A DNA stretch of 30,704 bases from positions 1 through 30,704 of the IMG/VR virus record IMGVR_UViG_3300032320_000087. The stretch is one strand, 5' to 3'. This document shows positions 17,229-25,100 of this stretch, one piece after another (position 1 is the stretch's first letter; each line of letters opens with the position of its first letter). Under the pieces are notes generated by a model. The model did no database searches, was not told where the DNA came from, and saw only the letters and a list, made by a program, of their open reading frames with translations. This DNA is from a virus (lineage: Duplodnaviria; Caudoviricetes). The translations under genes were made by a program, and so were the position numbers.

Positions 17229-17618
17229 ATGTTTAATGTAGACCAAGAGCTACCTGCATCCCAAATCATTATGCAAGACCCCCATTCTCAAGAAGCTGGG
17301 GCAGAACAAGTTGTTATGGCTGTTAATAAACTTGTTGAAGAAGGCAAAGGTATTTTGGTGCGCCACAACAATTCAATTGTTTTACTTATACAAATTGGTG
17401 ATGGTGAAGTGGAAATTCATTTATTTACAGTAGACCCTCCACACCGTCTTGCATCAGCAATGAAATACTTCCACGACCAATTGGTACAGTCAGGAATTAC
17501 TAAGGTGTATGGCACAGAGATGCCTGATAAGCAGCTAGTTAAAATGATGTTGGCGGTGGGTATTCCCGTGGATAAGTCCGATAAACCCGATTATTACTGG
17601 ATGGGTATTGCACAATGA
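17229..17618 (+). CDS. Hypothetical protein, possibly GNAT-fold (positional analogue of T7 gp13 / P22 gp14)
   Basis: 129 aa alpha/beta protein (EIHLFT..SGITKVYG..MLAVG) between the tail and ejection genes. Confidence 0.6.
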   Translation: MFNVDQELPASQIIMQDPHSQEAGAEQVVMAVNKLVEEGKGILVRHNNSIVLLIQIGDGEVEIHLFTVDPPHRLASAMKYFHDQLVQSGITKVYGTEMPDKQLVKMMLAVGIPVDKSDKPDYYWMGIAQ

Positions 17619-19297
17619 GATACAAATTAGACTCCGAACTCCCTATTAATGCGTTCTCTCCTCGTGGAGGACGTAGTCCTTTTACTCGTGGGATGACACT
17701 TGAAGGACCTAGTGGGGGTGGGGGTGGGGTTCTTGCTCCTGTTACTAAAGCTTTTGGTAGCGTAGCTAAAGCCGCTACTGATGTAGTAAAAGGCGTTGTT
17801 CAGCCTGTTTATAACGCTACGTTAAAACAAATTCCAGGCGTTGATAATGCGTTAGTTAACTTAGACAAATCTGTAGGAAAAGCTATTCCTGGTGGTTGGG
17901 GGACAGTAGCTTCAGTTGCTGCATCGTTTATTCCTGGTGGTCAATTGGCTGCATTAAGCATGACTCCAACTCAACTTGCCACTGGTTTAGGTGCGCTAAG
18001 TGGCTCTGGTGTAATGCGTGGTAAACATGATTTTAATTTGCAAGGCGCTATTATGGGCGGTGCAATGGCTTATGGCGCTTCTGAATTAAGCCAAGCTTTC
18101 CAAAATGCTGGAAAAAGTATAGCTGAAGGTGCTACTGATGCTACTACTCAATCAATTGCGAATGCTGCCGATAAAACAATAACACCAGGTTCTGGTTACG
18201 TTCCAGAAGGCGGCATGACTCAATTAGCGGGCACTCCCGCACCTGCTCCAACTCCTCCAGTTGCCCCTCCTGGTGCAGGATATGATTATTCTGCTGGTTA
18301 TTCGCCTACTGGTTCTGATGCTGTTACTCAGGCTTATACACCTCCGCCAACCATGTTAGAGAGAGCTGGTACTGCAATTCAAAACATACCTTCCAATATT
18401 GAAAGCGGACTTACAAGTCTTGGTAAATCTGCTACAAATTTTGGTGAGTCTGTTGGAAAAGTGTTTGATCCAGCCACTTATAATGGTTTAGGTGGCAAGT
18501 TGGCTGATGTTGGTTCTGGCACATTAGACAATATGGGCAACTTTGCTTCTGGAGTAGGCAAAGTAATTGGTGGCTCTGCAAGCCTTCCATCTGGCACATT
18601 AATGGGTGCTGGCGTTCCTTTGGTGCTTGGTTACTCTGGTATGGCTGCTCTTGAAGAGCAACAAAAATATTTAGACCAGCAACTAGCCGCTGGCAACATT
18701 GCACAAGATCAATATGATGTTGAAAAAGCTAAAATTGAAGAACAAAGAGCTTTTGCACAAAAAACTGTAAATGAAAACCCACTTCAAGCAACTACAGACA
18801 TAAACACTATTAGTAACGACCCTTCCATTTACAATAAGGCTAGTACACCTATATACGCTAGTCGCTCTACAGGGGATACTTTGTATGATAAAGACCCTTC
18901 AGGCGGCACAAAACTTCTTTATGCTGTAGGCGGTTCAGTAGATGATGAGTACGGCATGGATGAAGCTAGAGGAATGATGTCTGGTAACCTGCAAAACGGT
19001 CTTTTTGGTGGCGGAATTGCTAGTCTTGCTGCTGGTGGTATGGCTCCAAGATTTTTATCTGGCGGTGGCGATGGTATGAGCGACTCTATTCCAGCAAATA
19101 TTGGCGGTAAACAAGAAGCACGTCTTGCTGATGGTGAGTTTGTAGTGCCAGCTGATGTAGTTTCTCATTTAGGAAACGGCTCTTCTAAAGCGGGTGCAAA
19201 ACAACTGTATTCAATGATGGATAAAGTGCGTAAAGCTCGTACTGGTCGTCAGTCTCAAGGTAAACAAATTAACCCACGCAAATATATGCCTGTGTAA
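17615..19297 (+). CDS. Ejection/internal virion protein with C-terminal GDGMSDSIPA domain
   Basis: Gly/Ala-rich amphipathic segments; C-terminal GDGMSDSIPA..ARLADGEFVVPADVV..GAKQLYSMM. Confidence 0.75.
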   Translation: MRYKLDSELPINAFSPRGGRSPFTRGMTLEGPSGGGGGVLAPVTKAFGSVAKAATDVVKGVVQPVYNATLKQIPGVDNALVNLDKSVGKAIPGGWGTVASVAASFIPGGQLAALSMTPTQLATGLGALSGSGVMRGKHDFNLQGAIMGGAMAYGASELSQAFQNAGKSIAEGATDATTQSIANAADKTITPGSGYVPEGGMTQLAGTPAPAPTPPVAPPGAGYDYSAGYSPTGSDAVTQAYTPPPTMLERAGTAIQNIPSNIESGLTSLGKSATNFGESVGKVFDPATYNGLGGKLADVGSGTLDNMGNFASGVGKVIGGSASLPSGTLMGAGVPLVLGYSGMAALEEQQKYLDQQLAAGNIAQDQYDVEKAKIEEQRAFAQKTVNENPLQATTDINTISNDPSIYNKASTPIYASRSTGDTLYDKDPSGGTKLLYAVGGSVDDEYGMDEARGMMSGNLQNGLFGGGIASLAAGGMAPRFLSGGGDGMSDSIPANIGGKQEARLADGEFVVPADVVSHLGNGSSKAGAKQLYSMMDKVRKARTGRQSQGKQINPRKYMPV

Positions 19298-19307
19298 AGG
19301 ATAAATC

Positions 19308-20207
19308 ATGCCAACCCAAACAAACGTATCGTCAGCCTTAACAGACGTCCCAACAATACTTCAACCTTACATTACTGGGGCTGGTGGAGTATTGCCTACA
19401 GCTCAAAAAATTACGGGTCAAACTTATGACCAACTGTATGGTGATCCATTAAAGGCTGCTGGTTTAGCTGGCGCTGGTCGTGTTGCTTCTTTATCTCCAA
19501 TGCAAACTCAAGTTGGTGCTGACTTATCAGCAATGAAACTGCCAGGTCAATATGGTGCTGGTACAGCAGCGGTTACTTCTGGTATTGGCACTTTACAAGG
19601 TTTAAACGACCCTACACAAACTGCTGCTTTTATGTCTCCATACGTTCAAAACGTAATAGATGTTAATAAAGCAGAAGCAACTCGTGATGCACAAAAAGGC
19701 TTGCTGTCTAATAATTTAGCAGCTGGCAAGCAAGGCACTTATGGTGGCGCTCGTCAGTTATTGGCTCAAACTGAAATGGATCGCAATCTTCAAACTAAAT
19801 TAGGTAGCATTCAATCTACAGGTATGCAAAATGCATATGATGCCGCACAAAAAGCTCAGTTAGCTCAAGCTCAAGGATATGGCGCATTAGGTTCTACTAT
19901 GGGAGCATTAGGTACAGCACAACAAGCTGGTCAAATGGATATTACAAAAGCGCAGGGTGCTTATGGTGACTTACAGCGCAACGTACAACAAAACCAATTA
20001 GATGCTCAGTACAACGATTTAATGGCTAAGTTAAACCAACCATTAACTAACGTTGAAACAATGAGCAACTTGGCTCGTGGTGTTCCATTGGCTCAAACAG
20101 GAATGGCATCCACTACCACCACTCCTCCGCCAAGTTTTGCTAGTCAGTTAGCTGGTATGGGGTTAACGGGGCTATCTCTTTACAATATGTTTGGATCTAA
20201 ATCATGA
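19308..20207 (+). CDS. Ejection (DNA pilot/transfer) protein
   Basis: Gln/Ala/Gly-rich; MSPYVQNVID, GTYGGARQ; hydrophobic C-terminus QLAGMGLTGLSLY; AAGGA RBS. Confidence 0.7.
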   Translation: MPTQTNVSSALTDVPTILQPYITGAGGVLPTAQKITGQTYDQLYGDPLKAAGLAGAGRVASLSPMQTQVGADLSAMKLPGQYGAGTAAVTSGIGTLQGLNDPTQTAAFMSPYVQNVIDVNKAEATRDAQKGLLSNNLAAGKQGTYGGARQLLAQTEMDRNLQTKLGSIQSTGMQNAYDAAQKAQLAQAQGYGALGSTMGALGTAQQAGQMDITKAQGAYGDLQRNVQQNQLDAQYNDLMAKLNQPLTNVETMSNLARGVPLAQTGMASTTTTPPPSFASQLAGMGLTGLSLYNMFGSKS

Positions 20208-22138
20208 GCATATTAAGCGCCCTTAAACAGCAAAACAGTTCAATTGATTCGTTGGCTGCTTTACCGCAAGCCATGATTATGCAAATGGCTCAACGAAAAG
20301 AAATTAGCGAGGCTATGGTAGCTCCAATTCTTGCTCGTAAGGCAGAGTTAGCTGATGCTTTTGCAAGACAAAATATGTTAGCAAATGCTAGCAAAGCTCA
20401 ACCTACCGTAATGGAACAGTTGTTGGCAAAAAATGCTCAAGCAGAGCAGCCACAAATGCCAGAGCAAATGCCACAACAAGTTATGCCACAGGAAGCTGCT
20501 CCGTCAATTAATCCACAAGCTATGCCGCAAGGTGCAGAAGATGTAGGTATTGCTACTCAAGCTACGCAACCCATGTCAATGGCTGGTGGTGGAATTGTTG
20601 CTTTCTCTAAGGGCGACTTTATCGATGAAGATGATGACGAAGATGCTAGAGAAGAGGCTGACTACGCAACAATGATGAATGCTGCGCTTAGCGGAGCAAG
20701 AAATATTCCGCATAAAATATCTGAATTAGCTAGTCGCTTACCAAAATCTTATGCAGACACAAAAGCTCAAGTTTCGCATGAAAAAGCTCAAAAAATGGGC
20801 GGTCATAAGTACGAAGACTTGGTTCTTGCTGAAGCAAAGCGACAAGGTGTTGACCCAAAACTAGCGCTTCATGTTCTTTACAAAGAAACTGGCGGTCATA
20901 AAGACCCAGCAAATGCTAAATCTCATGCTGGCGCTTTAGGTCCAATGCAAATTATGCCTAGAACAGCTAAAGATTTAGGTATTGATCCATCAGATCCAGT
21001 TCAAAATATTCATGGCGGAGTTAAGTATTTAGCTCAACTTGGTTCTATGTTTGACAATAACCCACGCTTAACTGCTGCGGCTTACAACGCAGGTCCTGGC
21101 AACGTGCGTAAACATGGTGGAGTTCCTAACTTTAAAGAAACTCAAAACTATGTTGTAGGCTTAGCTCATGGTGGTGAAGTTCAACATTATGCAAGCAAAG
21201 GTTATGTAGAAGACGATGAACCTACTTCTGCTTTTGAAAGATTTTTTAATCAAACAGATGCATTAAAGGATTACGAAAACAAACTAGCTAAACAAAGAGA
21301 TTTTGAGCGAGTAACTCGTGAACAACCAGGATTGTTTGATAAAACCACTAAAACACAACGTGATAAAGCAGCTGCTGATTTAGCGGCAGCCAATCAAGCT
21401 CGTGTTGGTATTAAAACGCCCGCCAAAGTAATTCCGCCAACAATACCAGATGAACTTAAAAATCTGCCTATAGCCAGCGCACCTCAAGAAGTACGTGATA
21501 ACTCTGTCAAAGTAATGCCTTTACCGCAGGGTCAAGCACAAGCACCAGTAATGCCAAAATCTGGTCTTGAAAACTTTATGGAACAAATGGTTGCTCAAAA
21601 ATCAGAACTTGCAAAACAACGAGCTGAAGACAAAAATATGGCTTTGCTTACTGCTGGTTTAGGTATGTTGGGCGGTACGTCTCAGTATGCTTTTGAAAAT
21701 ATTGGTAAAGGTGCTTTAGCTGGTGTCCAAAACCTTGGCGAAGCTAGAAAATCACGAGCTGCAGAGCAAAACGCTATAGACAGAAATATGTTGTATGCAC
21801 ACCGTTATCAAGGTGTTGAGGATGTTGCTAGACAAAATGCTGCAGCACAACAAGCCTATAGAGGTGAGACATTACGAGAAACAGCACGAGCCAACACTAA
21901 TAAAGAGCTTGAACACGCACAAGCTAACCTTAACAATTATCTTAAAATGCAAATGGATCTTTACAAGAACCGTTTCCCAGTTGAGGGAATGCCTGGTGCT
22001 ACCGAAGCAATGGCTGAAATTTACAAGCGCCCAGAGTATGTAGCATTAGCAAAACGGGCGGGTTATACTACTAATCAACCAAGCACTACGTTTACACCAA
22101 AACAAGAGTCTTTATTAAGCAAATACTTACCTAGATAA
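20204..22138 (+). CDS. Ejection protein with SLT lytic transglycosylase domain
   Basis: ET (catalytic Glu at about 20885)..AKSHAGALGPMQIMPRTA..NIHGGVKYL..AAYNAGPGNV..ETQNYV. Confidence 0.85.
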   Translation: MSILSALKQQNSSIDSLAALPQAMIMQMAQRKEISEAMVAPILARKAELADAFARQNMLANASKAQPTVMEQLLAKNAQAEQPQMPEQMPQQVMPQEAAPSINPQAMPQGAEDVGIATQATQPMSMAGGGIVAFSKGDFIDEDDDEDAREEADYATMMNAALSGARNIPHKISELASRLPKSYADTKAQVSHEKAQKMGGHKYEDLVLAEAKRQGVDPKLALHVLYKETGGHKDPANAKSHAGALGPMQIMPRTAKDLGIDPSDPVQNIHGGVKYLAQLGSMFDNNPRLTAAAYNAGPGNVRKHGGVPNFKETQNYVVGLAHGGEVQHYASKGYVEDDEPTSAFERFFNQTDALKDYENKLAKQRDFERVTREQPGLFDKTTKTQRDKAAADLAAANQARVGIKTPAKVIPPTIPDELKNLPIASAPQEVRDNSVKVMPLPQGQAQAPVMPKSGLENFMEQMVAQKSELAKQRAEDKNMALLTAGLGMLGGTSQYAFENIGKGALAGVQNLGEARKSRAAEQNAIDRNMLYAHRYQGVEDVARQNAAAQQAYRGETLRETARANTNKELEHAQANLNNYLKMQMDLYKNRFPVEGMPGATEAMAEIYKRPEYVALAKRAGYTTNQPSTTFTPKQESLLSKYLPR

Positions 22139-22140
22139 AT

Positions 22141-25100
22141 ATGGCAGAACTAGATGATCTTTTTCTAGCTTTAGAAAGAGCGGATGCCGCTGGGAACAAG
22201 GAAGACGCTCGTGAGTTAGCCAAGATGATCTCTATGGTTTCTGGTGGGGTTTCTGCACCCCCAGAGCCATCTGTTAAACAAAACACCAGTCGTTTAGGTG
22301 ATATTGCTACAGAGTTTAAACAAGCTGCTGTAGGTGCTGGTAAATCATTTGCTGACGTATTTGGCGCAGAAAATGCGGCATCTCAATATCTTGGCGGTGT
22401 CCAAGAAAAAATGGGCAAAGAACTTAGACCGCAACGCATTGAACAAATGCAAAATCGGCAACGCATCATAGATGAAGCAATTAAGTCTGGCAGTACTCTT
22501 GAAGAAATTAAAGCTTATTTAGGTGGGGTTACAGAAGCTATTCCAGAGTCTATAGCTCAGGGGGTAGGCTCTCTTGTGCCTTATGTAGGAACTGGTATGT
22601 TAGGTGCTGGAGCTAGGGCGGCTGGATTAGCCTCTAAAGTAATTCCTAGCGCTAGAGCAATCAATACAACTTTAGGTGCGGCACAAGGTACTGGTGCAAT
22701 AAAAGGTTCTATTTACGATACCGTTAAATCTGAGCTTGAAGCTAAAGGCGAAAGCCCAGAAGTGGCGGCTGAAAAAGCTTCTCAAGCCCAAGCATACTCA
22801 TTGGCTAATGTTCCTCAGCTTGGTTTAGGTGCGGTTTTAGGTGCTGCGGCTGGCAGATACGGTGCAGAGAACTTAGTAACACCTGGCATTATTAATCGTT
22901 TAAACGCTAAGATGATTCCTAGGGCGGTAACCGCTGCGGCAGCTGAAGCTCCATTTGAAGGACTTCAGGGGGGTCAAGAACAATATGCAACTAACCTAGC
23001 TTTGGCTAGAGAAGGTTTTGACGTAGATCCTATGCAAGGTGTTCTTGGATCTGCCGCTAGAGATGCCGCTATAGGCGCTATTACAGCCGCCCCTATAGGA
23101 GCTATTAGCCGAGGTGAAAAAGCGCCTCCTAAGCCCGTTTTAGAGCCTACAAAGGCACAAGAAGCTGAGGAAAAGGAGAAGCAATCCGATCCTAATATTT
23201 ACAATCCAGCAGTCAGGGAAAGTGCCCCTCAAATTGCGGCAGCGCTACTCCCCGAAATGAAGCGTTTTGGCTTGGAAAATGTAGGTCTAAAGGTCATGGA
23301 TTCTATCGAAAATGGTAGAGCCGATGGTATGTGGGCTAATAACCTAATCCACGTAGCCTTAGACAAGCCTAATCCTATGGGTTCTATGCGCCATGAGTCT
23401 ATCCATGCGTTAAAACAGTTAGGCGGGTTCCAAGATAATGAATGGTCAGCCTTAAACAACAAGGCTAAGGGCGAGTGGCTTAAGACCTTTATTAAAGATA
23501 CTGGTAAATACGAGCAATATAAGAAGATTTATCAACAAGATAACAAGACTTTGGCTGGCTTTGAGGACTATATCCACGAAGAAGCGATTGCCGAAGCGTT
23601 TAGATACTTTGACAAGAATGGCGCTCCAGAGGGCATGATTGGTGCTATCTATGAGAAGCTTAAGCTAATGTTTGAAGCTATGCGTAATGGCTTTACTGGT
23701 GCTGGATTCCAAAGTGCAGACAGTATCTTTAGAAGTATTGAATCAGGCACAAGAGAGCAAGTAGCCCCAGCGGGTGAAGTACTTAATCCCGCCAGATTCT
23801 CTAAGCCTGATACCCGCAGATTAGATATGAACTTCAAGCAAGTTGCTGAACGTATTCCAGAGCTGCAAGAAGCTATGGCTAAGATGGATGCTGGCAAGAT
23901 GACTGGCGCTCAGTACGACAAACTAGTAAACAGATACAAACCTATTATTCCTTATGATTTTGTGCCCACTCCCGCTACTAAGGCGGAAGCCGTGGATGCC
24001 ATTGAAGATAAAGAAACCTATGGTATACCAGCCAAGAAACTCAAAGAAGGTCATCCAGTTGGTTTAAGACTTGATATTCCAGCCTATACCCGCAAAGGTG
24101 TATGGGTTCCAACAATCCATGAACAAGCCTCTGGCTTTGGTGCTGGTAAAAAGATTGGGCATGAAAGCGTTGCAGAGTTAACTGATGCCACATTTGGTAT
24201 GTCTGAGAAAGCTGCAGCAAGTATTGCTGGCGGTAAACCAAAGGGAACTATTGCCACAATTAAAGGCAATTGGAAGAAATCAAACGAGAAGACAGCTGTT
24301 GCAAAAGCACAAGCTGCTTTAAACGACCCAGCATGGACGCAAGTAGGTATGGATCCAGAGCGTCATAGCTATTTCTATGACCGCAAGACAACCCAACCAA
24401 TTCTGTCTGCTGATGAAGTCATTCAGATTGGTCCGCTCGTGCTGGCTAAAAACGCTAAGTTTGGTTCTAAGAAAGACTTTAAGTACTCCTTAGATAATGC
24501 CACCAAGGTTGAGCAAGTTCAATTCTTAGACCAAGAGATACAAGACTTGGTTAAAAACGTTGGCAAGCGTATTGTTGGCATGAAGTCTGATGAAACTTTA
24601 GAAGACGTTAAAAAGGCTGTTGCTAAATTACAACAGTACACTGCTGAAGGTATTAAAGGTAAAGATTGGTACGAAAAATCAGCCGCAGCAGTGCTGAGTG
24701 CGTTTAATGGCGACCCTATCCTTGCAGAGAAGTTTTTCCAAATTATTGCTATTACCTCAGCCAACACAGAGGTTGGAGCTAACTTTACCAAGGCGGTAAA
24801 CGGCTGGACTCAATTTGCTGAAGGCAGACCAATCAAAGTTGGCACTGAAAACGAGAACAAGAAGGTAGATGCTCTTCTTAACTTTGGTGAAGATTGGGGC
24901 GGTAGAAAGACTAATACTTTCTATTCCAACTTAATGGAAGCTATGGAAGGCAAAGATACTGGGCGGTCAACTATTGACTTGCATATGACCCGTATGATCT
25001 TTGGTAAAGATACCCCTACTGATGCTCAATACGAATTAGCTGAAAACATGGTTCGTTTGCTTGCTACTAAAGCGGGCATGGTTCCAAGACAGGTACAAGC

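Noticed and set aside
21188-21202. YASKG as a Prp protease site like that of Firmicute L27
   Set aside because: It lacks the upstream LQFF-type context and is better explained as a variant of the Phi-x-x-G-G family.
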